Of a DNA stretch of 64,000 bases, positions 53,331-64,000 are shown piece after piece; positions within the stretch are counted from its first letter, which is position 1, and each line of letters opens with the position of its first letter. A model generated the notes under the pieces. That model worked only from the letters and a program-made list of their open reading frames with translations. It was not told the DNA's origin and did not search any database. The translations under genes and the position numbers were made by a program. Source of the stretch: Raillietiella orientalis (Eukaryota); the NCBI GenBank assembly GCA_036172245.1, contig JAYWIR010000019.1, positions 2,728,001 through 2,792,000 on the forward strand, in the 5' to 3' direction.

Positions 53331-56300
53331 CGGGAAGGGTTTCCAACCTCATCCGCGTTTCCTTTGGTCCGTTTCCGCATTTCTGTGCTCTTCTTCCGAG
53401 AATTCCGGATCTACTTTGGCTGCCGCATTCGGGGCGCGACATTGGGCGCGGGTCGCGTGGCTCAGACCAAGGTCGTAGGCGACGAAGGCATTCCCTGGGC
53501 ACGCGAAGGATGCAGGGGGTCTCGCCGATGCCATCCCGCAAAACCACCGAGGCATCTTTGTGAGTTCGGGAGAGGCGCGTGAAAAGTATGGGCAGGAACG
53601 TCGTTTTCTTCCTCTTCCCCAGCGCGCCGAGGGTGAATCCGCCACCAGAGAGCGCCAGCATTGTTTTACAGCATGGTTGGAAAAATGGGTGCTGTCTTGC
53701 TGCGTCGTGAAGATGAAGCTTCGCGGAGAGCGGTTCAGTGCCTCGCCTTCTCTCTTTCTCTCTGTTTTTTTTTTTTTTTTTCGAAAAAAAGAGCAGCAGC
53801 AGCAACATCCATGATGCTTTCGGTCTTGCATTTTTCCCGATCGTGCTCTAATCCTCCTGGCTCTGCAAGGCGCCCCTGAATTTTCCATCCGCGATCATCC
53901 AGATCTGCAGCTGACAATTTCCCAAATTGCCTTCTCTCAGCTCCGCCTACCATTACTAGAAAGGGGTCAGCCACCACCACCATGTTCTCTCGGCGCCGAG
54001 ACTGGCAACCCTGCAGGAGAACGCCCGTACGATCCGTCCGCGTGCTGAGCGGCGCGGTTTCCTCGGAAGGCGGGTGATTTTTTTTTTTCTTTTTTCTTCC
54101 ACCCTACCCCTCGGAACGCTGCGGCATCTCGCACGCGTGTTCGGGAGGTCGCACGAGAGTGGGAAAGCGCGGGAGCAGGCGGATCGGACCCTCCCCCGCA
54201 CGGAGAAGACATTGCACCCTCCTTCCTTCTGGATTCGCGGCGCGCCGGGCCTTCTCCTTCCCTGCCCTTCTCTTTCCGTGGCCCATCGCCAGATGGGAAA
54301 CGGAAAAACGGAGGCCGTCTAAAAGTGGCTTGGGGAGGGGGAGAAGTTCCTCAGCATCAGAGGGCTCCAGGGAGGCGGAGAGTCTCTCAAGGGACCGTGC
54401 AGATCATCGCAGGGACACCGCAGGGGCGTTCGTTCCGGCAACGGTTCCTCTGCGTCCACTCCGCTCTTAAAAGCACCCACCCACTCCCCCTGCAGCCGAG
54501 CTAAGAATTTCGCGGTTGTGCCTTGCGTTTGGGACAGGCAAGCAGCGTCCAGTGTTGGCAGCGCCTCGGGACTTCGCTGCCGAACTGTGCGTGTGCGTGA
54601 GCTCTTCCTCCCCTCCCTCCTCCTCTCTTAGGAAAAGAAAAAAAAAAAAAAAATGGAGCAAAGATTGATCATTGCAATGCATACGAAGTAGGGGAGATGG
54701 GGCACTGTAAACGTAAATCTTATCCAGGACCGATTTGATTGATGACTGTGCTCGAGATGGAAGTCCAGAAGAGATATTGGCTGTCCATCCCATCCGGCAA
54801 GCATTCACGCAGAGATAGGCGCTCCGTGTTCCTGGAGGGGGAAGGGGGGGGGGAACACACGCGCGATTTCCTCCCGATACACGCGCGAAATCGCCCGATG
54901 GCTCGAGGTCCAGCAAGCAGCCGAGAACGCGCAACCCATGAAGTCATTGACTGATGGAGGGATCGAATGGCCTGCGGCAGTTGTTCGCGAGTTCGCGTGG
55001 GAGATCGGAGAGATCTCGCGCGTCGTCTCCCAGCGAGAACACCGTTGACCGTTTGCTCACCGAGGGTCGCGCTCTCCACCCAGCAGGTTGCCAGGGAGTT
55101 TCGCTCCCCGGAACGAACCGGTGAGCACGCTCTGGCCGAACGCCAACGGCGGCAGGAGAAGATGGTGGTGGCAGAACAGACTGCCGGAGATCCCCCTCCC
55201 CCCCGTCCTCCTTAATCCAGCCTCTCGCAAGCCTGAAGCGAGGGTGCGTTGCCATGGAGCAAGAGGATTGGGGAGCGGCTAGCAGGACTTCTCCTCACAA
55301 TGAGGAGCACCGACTTTTTGCTCGAGCCTTCCCGGTTTCGAGCTTGCGCTTAGCGGAGGGGGGGGGGGAGAGAGAGAGAGGGTGAGGGACTTACAGCTTG
55401 CAGTTGCAGCGAAGTGCCAGGGAATTCCGATCCAGATTCCCATTTTGGACGTCGTCTAAGAAGTGGGTCTGAGGCCGCTTTTGAAGCGGCCTTCCCGTTC
55501 CCCGAAGCCATCCTGCTCGTCGGCCGGCAGCGTGATTTTTTGCGGTCCCGTGGATTTTTCTTGGGCCCCGAGGCGCGTTCGCCGCACTCAGGGTCTCCCC
55601 CGCGTGTGTGTGGAAGAATGCGCGCGCATCCACTCGCACGAGGAAGGGGAGGGGAAACACGGACAAGTGCAAGCGGAGGTGCACGCTCCTATCCCGGAGA
55701 CATGGCGGCTGACTCCCAGCACTGTTTCCCGAAACCTCCTCCCTCTCGTGGCGACGCGCGACGCCGAGGGAAGCCTTTCAAGACGCGGGAAGGGATGCCA
55801 AGTGCTCTCTTTCTCGTGCACGACGTTCCGCGTCGGCGGACCGAAGCCTTGAACGGAGAGCTTCGAGAAGGCGGCTGCTCCCGGGAAGAGGAGACAGAAA
55901 GGGAGGACGCACCCAGAAAGGGGTGCGCTGGAACCCGAACCAGCCCCTCTCTGCGTCCACGCTCACCCGGACCTGACCCCGCGAGGGCGCGGAGTCGAGC
56001 ACCAGCTCCCGGCGGAGCTGGCGGACGGCTCCCTCGACTTGTGCCAACTCACGCAGCTGTCAGGCGCCCTCCCGGGGCTTTGCTGTCGCTGCGATCGACG
56101 TCCGAAAGCCCGCGCGTCATCGGGTGCAGCCTCCTTGGATCACATGGTTGGATGACAAAGGGCGCACATCTTTGGCAAGGAGAGGTGGTGACATTTCCAG
56201 GCCGGCTTCCTCCGTAATCCTGGGTATGCGGGTCCACAGGCTCGGAAAGGGAACGTTCGCCCGTGCTGCTAAAGAGCCTGCGGGCTGGAAGTCTGTCGAA

Positions 56301-58999
56301 CAACAGTGGATGCGCTTCTTGTGTTTGCAAGACGAGGGAGCGAGGAGAGGGGGAGGACGATGTTGCATGGAACGTCACCCAGTCCGAAGGCCAAAGAGAA
56401 AAGAAAAAAAAAAAAGAAAAGCGTTTCCAGGGCAACGTTGTGGCACAAGCGATGCAACCCCAATAGCTAACTGGGCAGCTGAATCAAAGATCGCTGCGGT
56501 CCGACTCGAAGGGCAGCACGGACGATGGTCGTCTCCCCCCCCCCTCTTCCTCCTCGTGAGGTTCAGCAGGCCGTTACGGTCCGATTCCTTGCAGGACTCA
56601 CGCAGAACCGTGACCCCACGTTCCTTGCCCCTAGGTGATCCAGGGGTTCGCTGAGGCTCTGCTTGGACTTTTGTGGGTCTTGAGGTGCCGCCTGACTGCG
56701 CCGCAAGCAGCATCCCTCGAGAACCGCTCAGTATCTTCTGCGAGTTGAGCGAAATGCCGGAACGGATATCTTTTTCGCTGGAGGAGCGACTACCAGCAGT
56801 CTCGAAGCCGTGCTTTAGGGTGGAGATGGTGGATGGGGATTCGCTCTGATTCCTCGTCTCGTGGATTTCGCAGCGAGTGGTAACGAAAAAGAGCGGTCTC
56901 GGAGCGCCGTCCGTGGGTCACCGCGCTTCCTCCGAGATTCCTCCGCTTTTCTCTCTCTCTCGACTTCTGCCTGTCGCTCCCGGAGAGCGCCTTCCGGGTT
57001 TTCCGAGTGACGCAGACAGCCAAGAGCGGGAGGGTTCCCCTCTGGGGGATTCCGGGTTCACCGATTTCACCCGCGGCAGCGGGCTCGAATCGAGTTCACC
57101 CCGGGTGAAAGCTGACCGCGTCTCCCCCGGCGAGACGCGCAATGCGCCGGAACGGTCGGCCCCTTCCTTGCGCGGCGCTCTGCGCGCACCCCCAATCAGC
57201 GTTTATGGCGATGCTGACGTTCAGCGGCCACTGCCCACCCCGAAGACGACGCGAGCCTCGCGTTTTTCGCGGGGCTGTTCTCTCGCTCGGCCTTCCCCGG
57301 CAAGTTGGACACGAAGCCGTCGCCTCGGCGCCAACGGCGGCGCGCGCTGGACGGCCTTGCTCCGTTTTGAAACTTTCAGCGCGAACCGCGCGCTCGGCGA
57401 AAACTCCCGCGCAATTCCTGCGGGCTACCGAGACGAGCTTCACTCTTCCCCCCCTCCCCTCTCTCTCATCCTTCCCTGTGGCGGCGGCAGCGGCGAGTGG
57501 AAAAGGAATGCGGCCCGTCGTCGGTCTGCGGCATCCGACTTCTCTCTCTCTGCGACCGATGTCGTGACGAAGCGGCGCGCACCGTCCTGAGCTGTTTTGC
57601 GCGACTAATGACACCACGACGTGTTTGGCGAAGAATTCCGTCGTGACGGACCTTGGCCGAATGCGTGCCCGAGCAGCCGCCTCAGCTGCGCGACTGAGGT
57701 GCACGGAACGTGTCCGCGGCACGGAGCCCTCACATCGCCCGAACGGGTGACGGGTCGGCTCCGTGGCGGCGGCGACCAGTCCCTTCCGCCGTTGGGGGAG
57801 CCATTCGGTGGTCCGTCTCCCTCGACTGTGCCCGTCCATTCCCCTTAGGCTTTTCGCAGCAGCGCGCTGGAGAAGAGGTCGGCCAGAGCGACCGCTCACC
57901 CCCACGCACCACTCTTGCACCGCGTCCCGATGTCAGTCCGAAGGTTTTTTTTTTTTTTAAACGCCCCGCTGCGGGAGGGGGGAGGGGAGGGGAAAGGAAA
58001 AAAAAACAAACAGCAGCAGCGAAGAGGAGACCGTTGCTAATCACCTTGCACCTGCAACACCTTTGCGCGAAGAGCAGTGACTTTCCCTCGGCCCACCTGC
58101 GCGCACACAACAGGGGCGATGGCGCTTTTCATCCCGCACCCTCTGGCTATTGGGCGAAGGCGTGGTGACAATTGTGGGAGCGCGCGCTTCCCGCCCGCGT
58201 TCCCTGGGGAGATTCCGAACCGTTTTCACGCGTTCCGCTCCCGAAACTCGAGCGTCTTGTTCGCTGGCTTTCTTGCGCCGCTGGGTCCTCACTTCCTCAT
58301 CTCAACTCAAGAGCTCTTCTACGGAACGCGCACCGTTCCGTGAAAATCCTCCGCCGAGGACGTGTCACGCGCCAGCGAGAATGCGGAAGCAGAAAGCGTT
58401 CCGGACGCTCCAGTGGAGAAGATGAAACGGAAGAAACCGGTCGTGCTTGCTAAACAGTAAACAAGCGGGAGTCCTGAAGATGTTCCGAGACGGTGGCGGG
58501 GGAGGAGGAAGGCGTTCACAGACAAAAAAGCCGGTTGCCTAGGCACTTTCGCCCCAGAGAAAACCGAGAGGTTGAGCCGGAAGCTGACTCGAGTCGAAAA
58601 TATCAGTTTGATAAGAAGCGGAAGATGGAAGTTCTCCTCGATGAATGGGCAGGGCGGGCTGCAGCCCTTTCCGCGACTGCTTGACCGTGGAAGACGAGCC
58701 GTTCGTCCGCTCTCCGCGACGGCTACCAGTGCGACGGAAGCGGAGCTCTCGTTTCGACCTTGGGTTTCCGCGGTAGTTCCAGAGGCATCGTTCTTGCGTC
58801 TGGAAAACGCCCCACGAATGGTCATCCTCCTCTTGGAGGTCGGAAGCCTCGCTCTGATGCAGGGGGATCCTCGCCGCCGTCCGTCCTCCACAGGCAACAC
58901 TCTGATTGCTGAATCTTGCCGATCTCGCGCTTGGTCTGAGATGTCCTTCGTCTTCCTGCTCTCCGCTTCCAGAGCTCAGGGCGGGGAAGTCAGATCTTC

Positions 59000-61720
59000 A
59001 GCGTGCTGCTCCCTCATTCTCAATCGGTCGCTATTGGAACGGGCAGCTGCCCTTCCACCACCATCCTGGTCTCTTGCCGGCGATGCTCCCGGTTTCCGGC
59101 GCTGACAATTCTTTGCACCTTCGTTCTTGTGAGGCGCCGCTATTCGCAGGCGGCCGAGCGGCGTGGTTCCTATTCGACCATCCTTGGTTGCTTCTTGAGA
59201 AGTTGTTCCGACGACTGGTTCTCAGGAGCGTCAGCTTGAATAAAGCCGTCTGTCCGTTTCGTTTCTCCTCTCCTCCCCTCCCCCTTCTTCTCCTACAGAG
59301 GAAGCAAAAAAGAGAGAGGGGGGGGAAAAAATTGTCCTTTTCCTCCGGGAAAGTTGGTCAGCAATTCCTAAACACCGCCAATCACCGTGCGTGGTTTCCC
59401 CGGCGCACGGCGCGGTTCGGTTTGATAGCAGCTTGCGCACGTGCAATTACGAACGATAAATTACCTTGTGATGACGTAATTATATCGCCATCACCAGCGT
59501 CATTACCCGGACTTTCTTCCTTCCTTCCTTCCTTCCGCATTGTTGCGCAAACGGTGCGATCGCGGAGGACGGGGGGGGGGGGGGATTTCCTGTGACCTCT
59601 CCATTTCACCGCAGCGGCAGCAGTGCGGGCCCTGCCGCTCGCAAGGTGCTTTCCCGAGGTCTTTCGGAGTCTTCCCAGAGTCGGGGGCTTGCGGATTCAG
59701 GCGGCACACTTTCCCCTGTCATCCCGATCTCACCCTGTTTTTTTCACTTTTCTTTTTCTTCTCTTTCTTTCTTTCTTTCTTTTTTGCGATCGCGTCCGAA
59801 CTTTGGCCCCTGCCTGCAAGTTCTGCTCGAAAAGTTTCTTTGTCCCGCCGAGTTCACCAAAGAGCGCTCTTGTGTGAAATCTCTGGGCTGCTGCGGCAGC
59901 GCGGTGCGACGACGTGGAATTTGTTGTTTCCCCTCGGCAGTCCGTATCGGTGCGACGGGATGAAGTCGCAACGCGTCGGAGCGACTCCGCAGCTGCGTCC
60001 TCATGAGGGAGGATCGCACCTACGATGCTGACCCGGCGTCGTAGGCCCAGAGGCGACCATGCGACCGTTTCCACGTTCGCCTGCCCATGGACGACCGCTC
60101 TCCGTCCAGACTTTTCTGCCGCTGTGTATCCCTTAGAGGCAGACAGGGACGCGTCCGCCAGCACATCCCACGACTTCGGTATCGTGGGGTGCGTGAGGAG
60201 AGGTGAAGAAGAGACGGAAGAGCAAGGAAAAGAAGGAAAAAGAGGCGGAAAAAGAGGAAGAGGAAGGGGAGAGGAAGAAGGGAGAGGTCTAATTGGTGCT
60301 TGTGGACCCCCGCTTCTCCTTCGTGTTCCTTCCTTCTTTCTTCTCCGGTGATGAAGAAGAGATTGCCGAGAAACACGGCGAGCCGACCGGCTGGCGACCG
60401 CTGCCGCAAACCCGAGCGCAAGCGCAGCTGAGGTCGGCGAGAGGACTCCTGCGCTGGTGCTAGGGGGATCCAGGAGATGAGCGGAGGAGGTTGCTGGTCG
60501 CCCCGCCACCGCACACACCAGCCGGCCTTGCTCGAGAGTCGACGTCCTTGCGTCTCGTGTGCGGAGGAGGGAAGAGGATGAAAACGTTGCGCAAGAGGGG
60601 GGCATCGGATTTTGTGGGTGGATTCTGGATCCAAGCCTCTCACTTCCTGTGAGTGCCACATCCTTCCCTTCCTTTCATCCACACCCTCCCTTGCGAGGTC
60701 GCTGGCCGGTCCGCGGCTCGCACTTGGGCGAACTCGAGGTCAAGTACAACGGCGGTCTCTGGGCGACGGATGGAGCCTTTCCTCTTCCTCTACGCTGCCA
60801 CGAAAGGGACGTCTTTCTTCTTCTCTCCTTCCTTCTGGTTCATCGAGGTCCTCCTAGCGGGGTCACCTTCGAAAAGGAGGCCGTCGTACCCCTCAGGGGG
60901 TGACTCCATCACTTCCTGCCAACTTCAATGCGGCGCACAGAATGCCACCGGGAAAGAGGCGGCTCACCCGTTAACCGCGAGCCGAAACCCGCGTAAAAGT
61001 GGGGAAGGTCCGCGCTCCGGAGGGCGTCTGCGGTGACCAATCAGTTAGTAACCTCAAGGAGCAGAATGGCGGAGAGAGGGAAGAGGTCACTCCCAAAAGC
61101 CGCAGGACTGTTTTCAAGAATTTCGCCACCGGTGAAAAGTTTGCGAGCCAGGTCGTCCTGGAGGAGCGTCTTCCGCCTGCCGATGGGGAGGCCAAACTGT
61201 GGAAGAGGCTGAGCGCGGGGGCTGGGTGAGGATCCCTCACGAAATGGCTCCCGTCTGGCTCGCAAAAGCCTCTGGCAATGGACTTTGAGGTCTACTTCGC
61301 GGGAAGCGAGCCACGCGACCAGAAAGGTCCGCAGGGAAGCCTCCGGAGTGCTCTTCGTTCCCATGGAGCTTCGAGGAGGGGACATCCTCCACGTCTTGAT
61401 TCTCTTGCGGACTTCGCGGAACGGCATCTTCGGGTGGCAGCGAGCGAGTGACGTGGATGCATCGAGGGCCAGAGAGGGAAAGCCAGACCATCAGGTGCTT
61501 TTCGGATTCCGACGGCCGGGTCGGGAGGTGTCCTAGCAACGCGCCTGCCTTCGCGGCGGCGGCGCCCAGGAGAGCAAAAAGAACGCCGTTGCGCCTCCTC
61601 ACGCAGTAGCCAGTCGCCTCGTTGGCGGTACCTGCGGCGCTCGAGCCATCTTTCCTGCTCCGGCAGCCAATCGGGGCAAACCGCCCTCCGCTCGTCGTCC
61701 AGGAGACCAGGAAAGCGAGC
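59000..61720 (-). mobile_element. Decayed Ty3/gypsy pol relic (RT-RNase H-integrase order)
   Basis: RFAPIGCRSRKDGS (~WAAPIVxVxKKDGS), LFALLG..SESEKHLMV (~LFAxLxG..EESKxL), EEH..LRTFL..DLKV (~EEH..LRxVL..GLK), LWAYDAGS/IVGAILPH..RRVATSSR (~LACDAS..GIGAVLSH..RPIAFASR), GGTKKLFEQNL (~FGVKKFHQYL), KEL..G..WWW (~ELH..H.G..WWP). No LTRs recognised. Confidence 0.6.
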
Positions 61721-63519
61721 GGACCCTTCCTTCCTTCTCTCTTCCCTCCTTCGCTTCCTGCTCTCTCACCCAGTCCCATCCTCGGGCGAAAAGGAGAAGG
61801 GGGGGGGGGGGTATGCGAAACCTCAAACACACCATCAGCGGCGTCGCCCCGAAGCGGGTCCTTTGCGCATGCGCGGGCGCGCGCCCCTTGGAGCAGAGCG
61901 ATCGCTGCCGCTGTCGGACCTGCGCGCGCGTCTTCCGGCTGTCTCCCTCCGGCCAACCCCCCGTCCTCCTCCTTCTCCACCCCCGCTCGTCCATCGTGGC
62001 GGGAGGCCGGAACGGCGCGCGCGCACCCTGGCTTTCTCTCGCTGGTGTTCTGCCCGTTGGCAAGGCACCCGCGACGATCTCTGAGTTCCGCGGCAACGAG
62101 AGTTCCGCGGGGGTAAGACTGACGTGCTCGGGTGGTCCAGGAGGAGTTTCCGGCTCCCATGCGGCTTCCTGGATGATTTTGCGCCCGCGTTTCCGGGATT
62201 CTGGCACTGAGAAGCTGTGGAATAGCAAGGAGGGTGGGAGAGGGGTGGGGAGAAAAATCTTTATCCTTTTGTTACTTTCTGAGCCGGCGAGAGCGCGCCC
62301 GTGGGGGTGTCATTTCGCCTGCCGTTTGCTGCCCGGTACCAAAAAGACAACGAAAAAAAAAAGGGGCGGGAGGAACAAAGTCGCCGTCACTTTCGCGGGA
62401 CGTGCGGAAGGCTCCAGCACCAGAGGCTGCTGACGCTGTCGTCACTTCCGCTTGGCGACCCGTACCAGCGGCACGGTCTTGTAGGAAGCCGCCGCCGCCC
62501 GTGCGAAGTCCTCCTTCGCCCTGCCAGAGTCCGCCGAGCGGACCTCTCCGGGACCGTGGTCCTCCTCCAGCATCTCGTCTCCTTCCCCACGTCCCTTCCT
62601 CACCCTTCACCCCCACTCACTCCCAAGCACTCCTTTTTTACCGGGGGGGTTCCTCCCAACCATTGGCAGCGAGGCACGAATGCCCTCCCTCGACGGACCT
62701 CGGAGAGGATCAGGTTGCGGCCTCCGGGGGTTCGGAGAGAGGCGCGATGCTATTTTAAGATCGAGAGAGGGCGCAATCCCCGCCTCAGAGAGGGAGCTTT
62801 TCCTGGAGCACGTTCGGATTACGCGGGGCGGACTTCCCTGCTCTCAGGCGGAACGAACACCCGCCCACTCGCACCCGGAGGTCCATGTCAGCGCGGCGTC
62901 TTCGCTCTTGCCCCGCGCAGGCGCATGAGCCGCCGACTAGCGGGGGTACACTCTCCGGTTCCGCCGCTTCCCACCGGGGGTCCAGGACGAACAAGTCTGC
63001 CTCTCTCGTTCATCTATCAGCCCCCCATCCCACTTTTTTGTCCCCGCGTGACGTCACGACGCCTTTTGGACCATTGCGGCAGACGCCCGTCGGCTACTCC
63101 TTCGGGGCTCTTTTGCCGAACGATGACTCTCTCCTCGGAGACTCCCGGCGTTTTCTCACAGAGGCACCTCAGTGGCGCCACCCTGCTCCCAGTTCAGCAA
63201 TCAGTAGAGAGCCTGTTCACCCTCTCCGCACCGGGAGCGGAGGGAATGGACAGCGCGTTGCCCCCAGCACCGCTGGCGGCTTCTGCCGGCCGCTCTCTGG
63301 AACGACCAAGGCGTTAACGAGGAGGCATCTCCAGGATGCCTCCATCCTCGGGATTCGCCCGGAAACCCTGGCGACACTGCCTCCATCTCTCTGCCGCTGC
63401 CGTACCGGGATCTGAGCGAGGAAGGAAGGACTCAGATGTTGTCATCTTCTTTGTTGACTTGTCCATCTACTCGAAAAGAAATGGGGACGGTGGCGCCACA
63501 CTTCTGCCCTCGTGCAACT

Positions 63520-63685
63520 CTGCCATCCTCGCGCCACTCAGCCCGTCCTTGTGCCACTCTGTCCGACCTCGCACCATTCTTCTCTCGCCCACGCGCCACT
63601 CCACTCGCCCTCGTGCCCTTCTGCTCATCCTCGCGCCACTCCTCTCCTGCCCTCGGACCACTCTTCTTCTGCCCACGTGCTTCTC
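63520..63685 (+). repeat. Degenerate minisatellite (catcctcgcgccactc-like units)
   Basis: Repeated cgccactc / ccactc units. Confidence 0.5.
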
Positions 63686-64000
63686 TGAAGCTTCAAAGAG
63701 CGAGGGCGCAAGAGGGCACGGTGGGAGGGCGGCACTCAGTGTGGTGCACGCGAAAGGCGACGCAGAAGTCTATCCACTCGTCCTCCCTGTGGAGGCCCGA
63801 AGGTCCGTCCCCACGGCGTGCCGCTTCCCGTTTCCCCCGGTGGTGGTCTTTACTCCCTCCTGCCACCTTTTCTTCTGGAGAGGGCGAGGTCCCGTCTCCG
63901 AGCAGTTTCTGCCCACCCCCGCGCCCGAAGCAGCTGCCGCACAGGGTCTCGGGCGGACGCACCGCTAGAGTCTCCCCGGGGAGGGGCATCCTCCATCTGT

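Noticed and set aside
54736..54743. TGATTGAT Pbx/Hox-like site (and TGACGTAA/CACGTG near 59440-59480)
   Set aside because: Isolated short motifs expected by chance.

Overview
Eukaryotic, arthropod-like genomic DNA. The AT-rich, CpG-poor first ~8 kb holds a complete 9-exon VRK/NHK-1 (ballchen-type) kinase gene (+) and, tail-to-tail with it, the last exon of a 3-exon Task7-type two-pore K+ channel gene (-). The first two channel exons lie in a GC- and CpG-rich domain that fills the rest of the window. That domain is mostly non-coding, and nearly all long ORFs in the supplied track are compositional artefacts. By eye it contains: heavily decayed retroelement relics (several Penelope-like, two RLE-type non-LTR, one Ty3/gypsy, LINE 3' ends); six copies of a tRNA-headed SINE; a near-perfect 254-bp inverted repeat; cryptic (CTA)n/(TAG)n blocks; and scattered exons of a probable large + strand spectrin-repeat-like gene. 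The most striking feature is 3'-truncated U2 snRNA retro-fragments, including a head-to-head U2/U2 insertion with a 7-bp target-site duplication whose empty site is preserved in a neighbouring paralogous repeat. Relic assignments rest on manual motif recognition in degenerate sequence and need profile searches.
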